Below, piece after piece: positions 16,265-26,468 of a stretch of DNA of 32,000 bases. Origin of the DNA: an uncultured Actinomycetes bacterium (GTDB lineage Bacteria > Actinomycetota > Actinomycetes > S36-B12 > CAIYMF01); contig CAWJMG010000003.1 in assembly GCA_963843975.1 (NCBI GenBank), positions 2,520,001 to 2,552,000 of the forward strand, given 5' to 3'. The notes below the pieces were generated by a model, which was given only the letters and a program-made list of their open reading frames with translations, did not search any database and had not been told where the DNA came from. The position numbers and the translations under genes were made by a program. How positions within the stretch are numbered: the first letter of the stretch is position 1; every line of letters begins with the position of its first letter.

Positions 16265-16284
16265 CTCTCACAATCTCTCACAAT
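16265..16284 (+). repeat. perfect tandem decamer CTCTCACAAT x2 (candidate arm-type recombinase/Xis site)
   Basis: Read directly from the sequence, about 105 bp upstream of the tRNA-Phe core, in noncoding lower-GC DNA. Confidence 0.6.
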
Positions 16285-16388
16285 CGGGACGACAGGAGGC
16301 GGAACGAGCCATCACCCGAAAACGTCCACATCGCCCCTGACCTGCGCAAACACCACCGCACATCACCAGCCGGTCCGTGCTGGGGGCT

Positions 16389-16430
16389 CTGAAAATCGGA
16401 AGGTCGGCGGTTCGACCCCGCCCCTGGCCA
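16389..16430 (+). other. tRNA-Phe(GAA) 3' fragment (anticodon loop to discriminator); attR-type core, not a complete tRNA
   Basis: Loop CTGAAAA (16389-16395, anticodon GAA), variable AGGTC, T-arm GGCGG-TTCGACC-CCGCC, acceptor 3' strand CCTGGCC and discriminator A (16430). No 5' half: no GGCCAGG acceptor strand and no D-arm upstream. Confidence 0.8.
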
Positions 16431-16467
16431 CAGCATCACCGCAGGTCACGTGCCTGATGAACCTCCA

Positions 16468-16494
16468 GAGGCCCGGGTCGTCGACCCGGGCCTC
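16468..16494 (+). terminator. stem-loop immediately downstream of the tRNA-Phe fragment
   Basis: GAGGCCCGGGTCG (16468-16480) / CGACCCGGGCCTC (16482-16494), 13-bp arms. It sits where the terminator of an original tRNA gene would lie. Confidence 0.65.
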
Positions 16495-16545
16495 TCACCA
16501 TCTCCGGCTCCCACCGGTTCGGCCCGACAGCGAAGGAGGCCCGCC

Positions 16546-17322
16546 GTGATCGAGATCCTCAACGCCACCGAGCTGCTGCGCGCCCAGGACTCGGGTGCCC
16601 TGGTCGGCGGGATACTGCAGACGCTGAAGGCCCGCGTCGCCGTCGGCACCAACCTCCTCGAGATCGACGCGTGGGCGCAGCAGATGATCGCCGAGGCCGG
16701 CGGCGTCTCGCCGTACGTCGACTACGCGCCTGCCTTCGGCCGCGGCCCGTTCGGCCACTACATCTGCACCTCGGTCAACGACGCCGTGCTGCACGGGCTC
16801 CCGCACGACTACGCGCTCGCGGACGGAGACCTGCTCTCGCTCGACCTCGCCGTCTCGCTCGGCGGGATCGTGACCGACTCCGCGATCAGCTTCGTCGTGG
16901 GCGGGCCCGCGCCGGCGGGAAGCGACGCGATGATCGAGACGACCGAGCGCGCGCTCGCCGCCGGGATCGCCGTCGCGCGCCCCGGTGCGCGCATCGGCGA
17001 CGTCGCGCATGCGATCGGGTCGGTGCTCCACGCGGCCGGGTATCCCATCAACACGCAGTTCGGCGGCCACGGCGTCGGGTCGACGATGCACCAGGATCCG
17101 CACGTCCCCAACGCTGGCCAGCCCGGTCGCGGCTACACGCTGCGCCCGGGGCTCCTGCTCGCGCTGGAGCCGTGGGTCATGGCCGACACCGACGAGCTCG
17201 TCACCGACGCCGACGGCTGGACCCTCAAGAGTGCGACGGGGTGCTTGACCGCGCACAGCGAGCACACGATCGCCATCACCGACGACGGCGCCGAGATCCT
17301 GACAGTGCCCTACCGCGCCTAG
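16546..17322 (+). CDS. map: type I methionine aminopeptidase
   Basis: SD GAAGGAGG before GTG 16546. M24 motifs ...CTSVNDAVLHGLP...GDLLSLDL...GHGVG...LALEP...HSEHTIAIT. Confidence 0.93.
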   Translation: MIEILNATELLRAQDSGALVGGILQTLKARVAVGTNLLEIDAWAQQMIAEAGGVSPYVDYAPAFGRGPFGHYICTSVNDAVLHGLPHDYALADGDLLSLDLAVSLGGIVTDSAISFVVGGPAPAGSDAMIETTERALAAGIAVARPGARIGDVAHAIGSVLHAAGYPINTQFGGHGVGSTMHQDPHVPNAGQPGRGYTLRPGLLLALEPWVMADTDELVTDADGWTLKSATGCLTAHSEHTIAITDDGAEILTVPYRA

Positions 17323-17467
17323 CGCGCCGCGGCCTCGACGGTCGCCGGCACCGACGCTGCGGCCCTGAGCGGTGGACCGGACGGCCCGCGGCCGGTGGAG
17401 ACGCGCGGCGTCGCCTAGTCTCGAAGAACAAGAGGGCGGACCGCTGTCCTTCGAGGAGGTCCGCACC

Positions 17468-17923
17468 ATGTCGTTCACATCGCAGCCCGGCACCTACGGC
17501 GCACGTCAGCCCGGACGCGTGGTGCGGCGGGTGAACGTCATCACCGCCCGACTGATCCGCCGCAGCGGCACGCTCGGCAGCAGCAACGCACTGGTGCTCA
17601 CCACCATCGGGCGCAAGAGCGGCGAGGAGCGCACGACACCGGTCAACTGGTTCCCCGGCCCCGACGGCAGCTGGCTGGTCGTCGCCTCGGCCAACGGTGC
17701 CGCTGCGGACCCCGCCTGGTACCTCAACCTCGCCGCAAACCCCGACCGCGCGCGGATCGAGCTGGCCGGTCGCACCGTGCAGGTGCGCGCCGAGCAGCTG
17801 ACGGGCAAGGCGCGCGACGAGGCGTGGCGGACGATCACGGCCGCCAACAAGCAGTTCGCGGCGTACGAGGCCAAGACCGACCGCGCCATCCCGGTCGTCC
17901 GCCTGACCGAGCGCGAGGCGTAG
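17468..17923 (+). CDS. deazaflavin (F420)-dependent nitroreductase/quinone reductase family protein (Ddn-like, PF04075-type)
   Basis: SD GAGGAGG before ATG 17468. ...LVLTTIGRKSGEERTTPVNWFPGPDGSWLVVASANGAAADPAWYLNLAANP... is the characteristic family core. Confidence 0.85.
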   Translation: MSFTSQPGTYGARQPGRVVRRVNVITARLIRRSGTLGSSNALVLTTIGRKSGEERTTPVNWFPGPDGSWLVVASANGAAADPAWYLNLAANPDRARIELAGRTVQVRAEQLTGKARDEAWRTITAANKQFAAYEAKTDRAIPVVRLTEREA

Positions 17924-17928
17924 CCCGC

Positions 17929-18663
17929 TCAGCCGAAGAAGAGGGTGAGCGACACCGGCGCGATCGAGCCCTGCGTGTTGCCGAGCACCATGAGCACGAG
18001 CAGCAGGCTCACCGCCGCAGAGGCGAGGCCGCCCAGCAGCATCAGCTTCTCGCCGGCACGGCGTCGGCCCTGCCGCGCGCGCGACCGCCGGATCAGGCCG
18101 CGCCACACGTACGCCGTGAGCACGACGAAGCCGACGAGCAGCACGCTGCAGATGATCGCCTTGGGCCGCTGCCACGACAGGCGGTCGTCGATCGCCTGCG
18201 TCACCTCGGCCGGCACTGCGCTGGTGCCGGACTGCAGCCAGGTCGTGAACGACTCCTGCAGGTCGGCCGCGGACGACCCCGGCCTCGGCGTGCCGAGCAG
18301 GCCGAGCGCGCCGGCGAACCCGTGCCGCGCGTCGAGCACGTTGCTCACGTTGGCCGCCACGACGAGCGCGAAGAACAGGACGACGCCGACTCCGAGTGCG
18401 GTGAACCAGAAGTAGGTCCGGCGCTCGAACCTGGCGCCCGCTGCGGATCGTGCGCTGCGATAGCGCCGCCAGCACGCGACGGTGGCCACGAGCACGGCTA
18501 CGAGGATCAGCCCGCCCAGGATGACGAGCACCCGGTGGTAGGCCGCGTAGTCGTGCAGCAGCGCCGCCAGCGCTGGGTTCGTGTCGGTGCCGGACTCGAG
18601 CAGGGTCGAGAGCGTCGTGCGGAGGTCGTCGTGGACGGCGGTGGTCATTGTGAGGCTGAGCAT
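17929..18663 (-). CDS. hypothetical integral membrane protein
   Basis: ORF track, 244 aa. Four clear hydrophobic helices and high GC3. No family recognised. Confidence 0.65.
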   Translation of the reverse strand: MLSLTMTTAVHDDLRTTLSTLLESGTDTNPALAALLHDYAAYHRVLVILGGLILVAVLVATVACWRRYRSARSAAGARFERRTYFWFTALGVGVVLFFALVVAANVSNVLDARHGFAGALGLLGTPRPGSSAADLQESFTTWLQSGTSAVPAEVTQAIDDRLSWQRPKAIICSVLLVGFVVLTAYVWRGLIRRSRARQGRRRAGEKLMLLGGLASAAVSLLLVLMVLGNTQGSIAPVSLTLFFG

Positions 18664-18780
18664 CCCTCGACCGTATGAAGGCCGCGGCCGCAGCTCATCG
18701 GCCCAGGGGCCGGAGTCTGCGACCCCTGGGCCCGTCCTTCGGACGGCAGCCGTCTCGGCAGGAAGGACTACGGCATGGGG

Positions 18781-19809
18781 CTATGCCGCTCGCCGGCGCG
18801 ACGCGGGTGCCAGGCCGAGCAGGCTCAGCACCGCACGCTCGACTCCCGGGTGCACCGGCAGATGCCGCGCGCGCCGCGGGAGCACGGCGGGAGGCACGAC
18901 GACCCCGTCGTGGAAGAGGTCGACCACGCGCGGATCCACGTACGACGCCTTGGCGACCGCGGGGGTGTTGCCCAGGTAGTCGGCCACCTCGCGCAGGCAC
19001 GCCACGACCGTCCGCCGACGTGCGGTGAGCGAGGCCCCCGGGACACCGCTTATCGCGAGGCGCTGGGCCATGAGGACCGTGGCGTTCCAGGTCCTGAAGT
19101 CCTTCGCGCTGACCTCGCCCTCGAGCAGCTCGCGCAGGTAGGCGTTGACGTCCGCGCTCTTCACGTCGCGCCAGCCGTCGGCCTCGCGCCAGGCGAACAG
19201 CTCCGGGCTCTCGTCGTCCCGCGCAAGCAGCTCGCCGACGAGTCGCGCCAGCGTCGCATCGCGCAGCCGTGACCGCTGCGCCTTCCCCGCCTTGCCGACG
19301 TACGAGAGCTCGACCGTCGTGCCGACGACTGAGACGTGGTCGCGCCGCATGGTCGCGAGCCCGAACGTCTCGTGCGCCTCGGCGTACACCTCGCCACCGA
19401 TGCGCACCGAGCCGGCGTCCAGCAGCCGGAAGCACCCGGCGAGGACGCGTTCGCGCGTGAGCCCGGAGGCCCCCATCGCCGCGGCGGTGCGCCGCCGCGC
19501 TGCGGGGAGCCTCACGGCGAGCTCGAGGACGCGGTCGTGCTTCGCGGCATCGCGCTGGCGCCGCCACTCGTCGTGGTAGCGGTACTGCCGACGGCCCTGC
19601 GCGTCGGCGCCGGTGGCCTGGATGTGCCCGTGAGGCCAGGGGCAGATCCAGACGTCCTCCCACGCAGGCGGTAGGACGAGCGCGGTGATCCGGGCCAGGG
19701 TGTCGGCGTCGCGGACGGCGTTGCCGTTCTGGTCGAGGTAGCGCACCCCACGACCGCTGCGCACCCGTCGGATGCCGGGCCCAGATGGGTCGCTGCGCCG
19801 AAGCCTCAT
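18781..19809 (-). CDS. DNA topoisomerase IB (poxvirus-like bacterial TopIB)
   Basis: ORF track, 342 aa. ...LVLPPAWEDVWICP...GHIQATGADAQGRRQYRYH...YVGKAGK...KDFRTWNATV...LGNTPAVAKASYVDPR with a C-terminal catalytic Tyr context. Confidence 0.88.
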   Translation of the reverse strand: MRLRRSDPSGPGIRRVRSGRGVRYLDQNGNAVRDADTLARITALVLPPAWEDVWICPWPHGHIQATGADAQGRRQYRYHDEWRRQRDAAKHDRVLELAVRLPAARRRTAAAMGASGLTRERVLAGCFRLLDAGSVRIGGEVYAEAHETFGLATMRRDHVSVVGTTVELSYVGKAGKAQRSRLRDATLARLVGELLARDDESPELFAWREADGWRDVKSADVNAYLRELLEGEVSAKDFRTWNATVLMAQRLAISGVPGASLTARRRTVVACLREVADYLGNTPAVAKASYVDPRVVDLFHDGVVVPPAVLPRRARHLPVHPGVERAVLSLLGLAPASRRRAA

Positions 19810-19884
19810 GCCCGCTCCCGCCGCGTGCTCGTGACGTCCCTAGGTTCGGGGTGTTCCCCGTCGGACGGTCTGCCCAAACTCCCG

Positions 19885-19921
19885 GCCGCGCCGGCGTTCC
19901 ACGCCGTTTTGGCGGCGCGGC
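19885..19921 (-). terminator. GC-rich stem-loop downstream of the menB-thioesterase operon
   Basis: GCCGCGCCG (19885-19893) / CGGCGCGGC (19913-19921), with an inner GGCGT/ACGCC hairpin. It lies about 100 nt past stop 20025 in the direction of transcription. Confidence 0.35.
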
Positions 19922-20024
19922 AGCACGGGCACGCAGCCTCCTCCGCATCCCCACCAGGACGAACACATGGCCAGCACCCAGGGATCCGACGAGCACGTCA
20001 CCTGCCGGTGAGCGCCGCGCCGCC

Positions 20025-20972
20025 TCAGATTGTCGAGCGGTCGACGGCGCTGCGGAGGGCGACGAGGTCGAGCGCGTGCGCGGCCAGGGCATGGTCCTCC
20101 TCGTTGGCCGGCACCCAGTCGCGCACGGGTGAGGCGGCACCGTCCTCGTCGAGGGCGACGAAGACCGTGAGGCAGTGGGTGGTGAGCCGCAGCTCGCCGT
20201 CCTTCGGGTCGCCCGAGCGCACGTGGACGCTGATGTGCATGCTCGACGTTCCGGTGTGCAGGAGCCTCGCCTCGACCTCGACGAGGTCGCCGATGAACAG
20301 CGGCTGGTAGAAGCGGATTCCGCCGGAGTAGACCGCGACATTGCGCGTCGATCCCGTCCATCGCGAGGCCACCACGTGCGCGGCCTCGTCGATCCAGCGC
20401 ATCACGATGCCGCCGTGGACCTTGCCGCCCCAGTTCACATCGGTGGGCGCGGCGAGGAACCGCAGCACCTCCCGTGGAGCGGTGCCGTCCAGCGTGTAGT
20501 GCTGGTCGGCCATCGCCGCCTCGATCGCGGCCCGCAGGTCGATGCGGCGTACGGCGCTCTGCTGCGCCTCCACCTCGTGCTGGGTCGTCGGCGTCCACGC
20601 GGGCACCTGCACCGAGCGCCCGTCGTCGTCGACCGCGACGAAGATGATGAGGCAGCTCGTCGCCTCGACGGGGTCGCCGCCGCGCGGGTCGTGCGCTGAG
20701 ACCGTCACCTCGATGTGCATGCTGCTGCGGCCGGTGTGGATGATCCGCGCCGTCGCCTCGACCAGCTGCCCGACGAGCACCGGCCGGGTGAAGTGCACGT
20801 TGCCGACGTACGCCGTGACGCAGTACCGGCCGCTCCACTGCGCGGCGAGGGCGTAGCCCGCCTTGTCGATCCACTCGAGCACGCGCCCGGCGTCGACACT
20901 GCCGGAGTAGCCGCGATCGGTCGGCGACGCGAGGAACCTCAGCGTCACCGAGCCCGACGGCGTGGCCGACAT
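20025..20972 (-). CDS. acyl-CoA thioesterase, tandem hotdog (4HBT/BFIT-type) domains
   Basis: ATG at 20972 within ORF 20025..21479. Two repeats of ...GGxVxGGxxMxWIDxAxxxxA...V...FxxPxxxGxLVExxA...HxGxSSMHIxVxV. Confidence 0.85.
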   Translation of the reverse strand: MSATPSGSVTLRFLASPTDRGYSGSVDAGRVLEWIDKAGYALAAQWSGRYCVTAYVGNVHFTRPVLVGQLVEATARIIHTGRSSMHIEVTVSAHDPRGGDPVEATSCLIIFVAVDDDGRSVQVPAWTPTTQHEVEAQQSAVRRIDLRAAIEAAMADQHYTLDGTAPREVLRFLAAPTDVNWGGKVHGGIVMRWIDEAAHVVASRWTGSTRNVAVYSGGIRFYQPLFIGDLVEVEARLLHTGTSSMHISVHVRSGDPKDGELRLTTHCLTVFVALDEDGAASPVRDWVPANEEDHALAAHALDLVALRSAVDRSTI

Positions 20973-21817
20973 CAGGAGCGGCGCGAGAACTGGTCGAAGT
21001 CGGGAGAGCGCTTGGCCTTGAACGCCTCTCGGCCCTCGCGCGCCTCGGCCGATCCATAGAAGAGCAGGTTGGTGTCGTGCGCGAGCTGCTGGATTCCGGC
21101 GTAGCCGTCCTCGGCCGCGTGGAAGCTCGCCTTCAGCAGGCGGAGCGCGAACGGCGACTGCTGCAGCATCTCCTTGCACCACTGCACGGTCGTCACCTCG
21201 AGCTCGTCGAGCGGCACGACCGTGTTGACGAGGCCCATGTCGAGGGCCTGCTGCGCGTCGTACTGACGGCAGAGGAACCAGATCTCCTTGGCCTTCTTCG
21301 GGCCGACGAGGTCCGAGAGCACCGCCGCGCCGAAGCCGCCGTCGAACGAGCCGACCTTCGGGCCGGTCTGGCCGAAGCGCGCGTTGTCGGCCGCGATCGT
21401 GAGGTCGCAGACGACCTGCAGCACGTGGCCGCCGCCGATCGCCCAGCCCGCCACCATCGCGACGATGGGCTTGGGGCACCGGCGCATCTGCACTTGCAGG
21501 TCGGTGACGTGGAAGCGGCCGACCTGGCCCTCGTCGGACTCGTAGCCGGCGTCGCCGCGCACCCGCTGGTCGCCGCCGGAGCAGAAGGCCTTGCCGCCGG
21601 CGCCGGTCAGGATGATGACGCCGACCTTGGAGTCCTGGCGCGCAGCCTCGATGGCGTGCGAGATCTCCATGATCGTCTCGGGCCGGAAGGCGTTGTGGAC
21701 CTCGGGCCGGTTGATCGTGATCTTCGCGATGCCCTCGGCGGTGTCGTACAAGATGTCGGTGTAGTCACCGCTCCGGACCCACTCGATGCCGCCGGATGCC
21801 GCTGCCTGCTCGCTCAT
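20972..21817 (-). CDS. menB: 1,4-dihydroxy-2-naphthoyl-CoA synthase
   Basis: ATG 21817 within ORF 20972..22306. ...[12 protein letters not shown]...[44 protein letters not shown]... is a crotonase fold with MenB-specific motifs. Confidence 0.95.
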   Translation of the reverse strand: MSEQAAASGGIEWVRSGDYTDILYDTAEGIAKITINRPEVHNAFRPETIMEISHAIEAARQDSKVGVIILTGAGGKAFCSGGDQRVRGDAGYESDEGQVGRFHVTDLQVQMRRCPKPIVAMVAGWAIGGGHVLQVVCDLTIAADNARFGQTGPKVGSFDGGFGAAVLSDLVGPKKAKEIWFLCRQYDAQQALDMGLVNTVVPLDELEVTTVQWCKEMLQQSPFALRLLKASFHAAEDGYAGIQQLAHDTNLLFYGSAEAREGREAFKAKRSPDFDQFSRRS

Positions 21818-21941
21818 GCGGTCATTCTGGCCGCACCCGGCCCGTCCGTGCCTTCCGGGGCGTGGACCGTGGCCAGAGACTCGCGCGAACATGCCTCGGA
21901 GCCCTGCACCTGGTCGAGGTGAGGGCTGCGGGGCGGGGTCG

Positions 21942-23528
<1,587 letters not shown>

Positions 23529-23710
23529 GCCCCACATCGTAATAGTACAGGTGTTCGAGTGCAAGAGGTTGGCGTGACTTTCTCGAATCCGTTAGGGCAC
23601 AACGGATATAGCCGGAATCAAAGCATCGGAGGTCAGGAACGAGACGATCCCGACCGGCCCAGTCGGGCGGCACCCAGGGCGTTCACCTCGGCGCGCGCGA
23701 CCGGCGTACG

Positions 23711-24658
23711 GTGCAGCACGTGCTGAGGCTTGCGGACAGTTGGATCTGGGACTCGTGGTTCGCCTTCGACGGCGAGCGCCACCACGCCTTCTACCTCCGC
23801 GCGAGCAGGGCGCTCGGCGACCCCGACCGCCGCCACAAGCACCCGTACGTCGGGCACGCGGTGTCCCACGACCTGCGCACCTGGACCGTGCTGCCCGATG
23901 CGCTCGCGATCTCGGAGCCGCCGGCGTTCGACGACTGGACGACCTGGACCGGCAGCGTGGTGCGCGCACCCGCGGGCACGTGGCGGATGTTCTACACGGG
24001 CACCACGAGGCAGGACGGCGGCGACGTCCAGCGCGTCGGCTCGGCGACGTCGACCGACCTCATGACCTGGACGAAGGACTCGGCCGTCGCGCTGCTCGAG
24101 GCAGACGGCCGCTGGTACGAGAAGCACGACCCGACCGCATGGTTCGACGAGGCGTGGCGCGACCCGTGGGTGTTTCGCACCGAGGACGGCCTGTGGCACA
24201 TGTACGTCACCGCCCGCGCGGGCGACGGGCCACCGCTTCATCGCGGAGTGGTCGGCCACGCGACCTCGCCCGACCTCGACGCCTGGACCGTCCAACCTCC
24301 GATCACTATGCCCGGCAACGGGTTCGGGCAGATGGAGGTGACGCAGGTGGAGGTCGTCGACGGCGTCCCGACGCTGATCTTCTGCTGCCTGGCGCCGCAG
24401 ATGGACCCGGCGACGGTCGAGAGGCTGGGAGGCGGCGGCATGTTCAGCGTGACCGGCCCCTCGGTGCTCGGCCCGTTCGACGTCGCGACCGCACGCCGGT
24501 TCCCGCACGACTCCCTGTACGCCGCGCGGCTCGTCCAGCACGACGGCGGCTGGCACCTCATCGGCTTCCGCGACGTCGAGGACGGCGTCTTCGTCGGCGA
24601 GCTCAGCGACCCGATCGGCGTGACGAGCGTTCCTGGCACCGGTCTCGTCCCACGCTGA
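23711..24658 (+). CDS. glycoside hydrolase, GH32/GH68 clan (beta-fructosidase/levansucrase-like five-bladed propeller)
   Basis: ORF track, 315 aa. WIWDSW nucleophile-type motif near the N-terminus and an RDP motif (WRDPWVF). No signal peptide. Confidence 0.7.
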   Translation: MQHVLRLADSWIWDSWFAFDGERHHAFYLRASRALGDPDRRHKHPYVGHAVSHDLRTWTVLPDALAISEPPAFDDWTTWTGSVVRAPAGTWRMFYTGTTRQDGGDVQRVGSATSTDLMTWTKDSAVALLEADGRWYEKHDPTAWFDEAWRDPWVFRTEDGLWHMYVTARAGDGPPLHRGVVGHATSPDLDAWTVQPPITMPGNGFGQMEVTQVEVVDGVPTLIFCCLAPQMDPATVERLGGGGMFSVTGPSVLGPFDVATARRFPHDSLYAARLVQHDGGWHLIGFRDVEDGVFVGELSDPIGVTSVPGTGLVPR

Positions 24659-24698
24659 CCCGCGCGGCAGGATGGCGCGCGACATCGAGGAGGCGCGC

Positions 24699-25751
24699 AT
24701 GCGGGCAGTGACGTGGTCGGCGTACGGCGAGCTGCCGACCGTGGGCGAGCTGCCCCCGCCTGTCTGCTCCGACGACGGCGTGGTCGTGCGCGTGGGCGCC
24801 ACCGGGGTCTGCCGGTCCGATTGGCACGCGTGGCTCGGCCACGACCCCGTGCCCTTCCTCCCCTGGGTGCCCGGCCACGAGCTGGCCGGGACCGTGGAGC
24901 AGGTCGGCCCCGCGGTCACGCGGTGGCAGCCCGGCGACCGTGTGACCGTGCCGTTCGCGAGCGGCTGCGGCCGCTGCGAGCAGTGCGCCGCGGGCGACAC
25001 CCAGGTGTGCGCGTACCAGACGCAGCCCGGCTTCACCCACCACGGCTCGTTCGCCGAACTGGTGGCGTTGCACGCCGCCGACACCAACCTCGTCCGCCTC
25101 CCCGACGACCTGTCCTTCGTCGACGCCGCGTCGCTCGGCTGCCGGTTCGCCACGGCGTACCGCGCCGTCGTCCACCAGGGACGCACCGAGGCCGGGGACT
25201 GGCTCGCGGTGCACGGGTGCGGCGGGGTGGGGCTCTCGGCCGTGATGGTCGGCGTCTCTCTCGGCGCGCGCGTCGTCGCCGTCGACGTCTCGGCATCCGC
25301 TCTGGCGAGCGCGCGCGACCTCGGCGCAGCCGCCGTCGTCGACGCCACCGGCCTCACGCCCGAGCAGGTCGGTGCGGCGGTACGTGAGGCGACGGAGGGC
25401 GGCGCGCAGGTCTCGGTCGACGCGCTCGGCGGCACCATGACGATGAGCGCGTCGCTCGGATCGCTCCGGCGGCGCGGACGGCACGTGCAGGTCGGCCTGA
25501 TGCTGGGCGAGTCCGCCGTCGCCCCGGTGCCGATGGGCCGCGCGATCGCCGAGGAGCTCGAGATCCTCGGCAGCCACGGCATGCCGGCGACCGACTACCC
25601 CGGCATGCTCGCGCTGGTGGCGTCCGGAAGGCTCGACGTACGACGTCTCGTCGGACGGATCATCCCGCTCGCGGACGCACCTGCTGCGCTCGCGGCCATG
25701 AGCGACCCGGCCACATCGGCCGGCATGACCGTCGTCGACCTCGCGCTCTGA
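24699..25751 (+). CDS. zinc-dependent alcohol dehydrogenase family oxidoreductase
   Basis: SD GAGGAGG before ATG 24699. GVCRSDWH, GHELAG, structural-zinc CGRCEQCAAGDTQVC and Rossmann VHGCGGVG. Confidence 0.9.
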   Translation: MRAVTWSAYGELPTVGELPPPVCSDDGVVVRVGATGVCRSDWHAWLGHDPVPFLPWVPGHELAGTVEQVGPAVTRWQPGDRVTVPFASGCGRCEQCAAGDTQVCAYQTQPGFTHHGSFAELVALHAADTNLVRLPDDLSFVDAASLGCRFATAYRAVVHQGRTEAGDWLAVHGCGGVGLSAVMVGVSLGARVVAVDVSASALASARDLGAAAVVDATGLTPEQVGAAVREATEGGAQVSVDALGGTMTMSASLGSLRRRGRHVQVGLMLGESAVAPVPMGRAIAEELEILGSHGMPATDYPGMLALVASGRLDVRRLVGRIIPLADAPAALAAMSDPATSAGMTVVDLAL

Positions 25752-25761
25752 CTCGGGAGCG

Positions 25762-26468
25762 TCAGACTGCGGCGGCCTTGAGCTCCTCGAGCGAGGACGT
25801 CACGCGCAGGCGTGCGCTGGCCGCGAGCTGCGGCCCCACGAAGTGCAGGTAGTGCTCGAGGTAGGAGATCCGCCGCTGCGGGTCCTCGGTCGGCCGATCC
25901 AGGAACATGATGTCGTGCGTCGTGATGCCGCGGATCGCGTACGCCGGCAGCGGCGACTGCATCACGGCGAGCGCATCGTTGCGGACGCTGGCCACCGAGG
26001 CTTCTCGGGGTGGAACTCGCCGAGCATCAGGCCCGAGCCCACGAACTCCATCCGCAGCATCTTGTGGCCGCCGTCGATGAAGTCGCCGGCAGCGTCGAGC
26101 GGGACCTCGGGGAACAGCGCGATCAGCGCGGCGGTCCGGTGGTCGGCAGTGTCGGGGTACAGCGCGCGGTAGAGGTCGGCCAGAGCAAGCCCGGCGGTGT
26201 ACGCCGACCGCGGGTCGCTGTCCGGCGTACGCACCGAGACGAACGTGAGCCGGTTGGCGTTGACGACCGGCGCGAGGCGCGGGCACACGTGGCCCGGGCG
26301 CCCGAGGCCCTCGTTGGGCTGCATCACGAACGAGTCGAGCCAGCCCAGCACCCGGGCTGCGGCGGCGTGATCGGTCGGGTTGCTGCGGACCTGGTCGACC
26401 GTGGCGATCGATCCGGGCACGAAAAGGTCGTGGTGAGCCACGACGTCCAATTCCCCGTGGAGCGTCAT
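25762..26468 (-). pseudogene. conserved hypothetical protein, frameshifted near 25996-26006
   Basis: ATG 26468 (MTLHGELDVVAHHDLFVPG...GLMLGEFHPEK) in the ORF 25962..26627 frame. It continues sensibly in the ORF 25762..26286 frame (ASVASVRNDALAVMQSPLPAYAIRGITTHDIMFLDRP...stop 25762). No family confidently recognised. Confidence 0.6.

Larger units (their letters stand above)
12182..16430 (+). mobile_element. remnant of an integrative mobilizable element (relaxase, Xis-like HTH, arm-type repeats, tRNA-Phe att core); left boundary not identifiable
   Basis: Gene content plus the tRNA-Phe 3' fragment at the right end, followed by a terminator hairpin and map. GC drops at 11940-12240 and 16140-16390. 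No integrase and no intact tRNA-Phe seen in the window. Confidence 0.55.

Noticed and set aside
16265-16284. Similarity of the att-proximal CTCTCACAAT repeats to the CTCTCA hexamers of the response-regulator boxes.
   Set aside because: Only the 6-mer is shared, the phasing differs (10 vs 11 bp), and the downstream TCCCTGAC part is missing. I treated it as coincidence.
16168-16392. 74-aa ORF between the Xis-like gene and the att core (MTGEVDDGVTRRHARSCAVWQCQ...).
   Set aside because: Poor codon bias, no RBS, and it spans the decamer repeats and runs into the tRNA fragment. It is more likely noncoding arm DNA.
19967-20011. 14-codon mini-ORF MASTQGSDEHVTCR between TopIB and the thioesterase.
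   Set aside because: No convincing RBS, a very short ORF, and a location in a region better explained as a terminator/promoter spacer.
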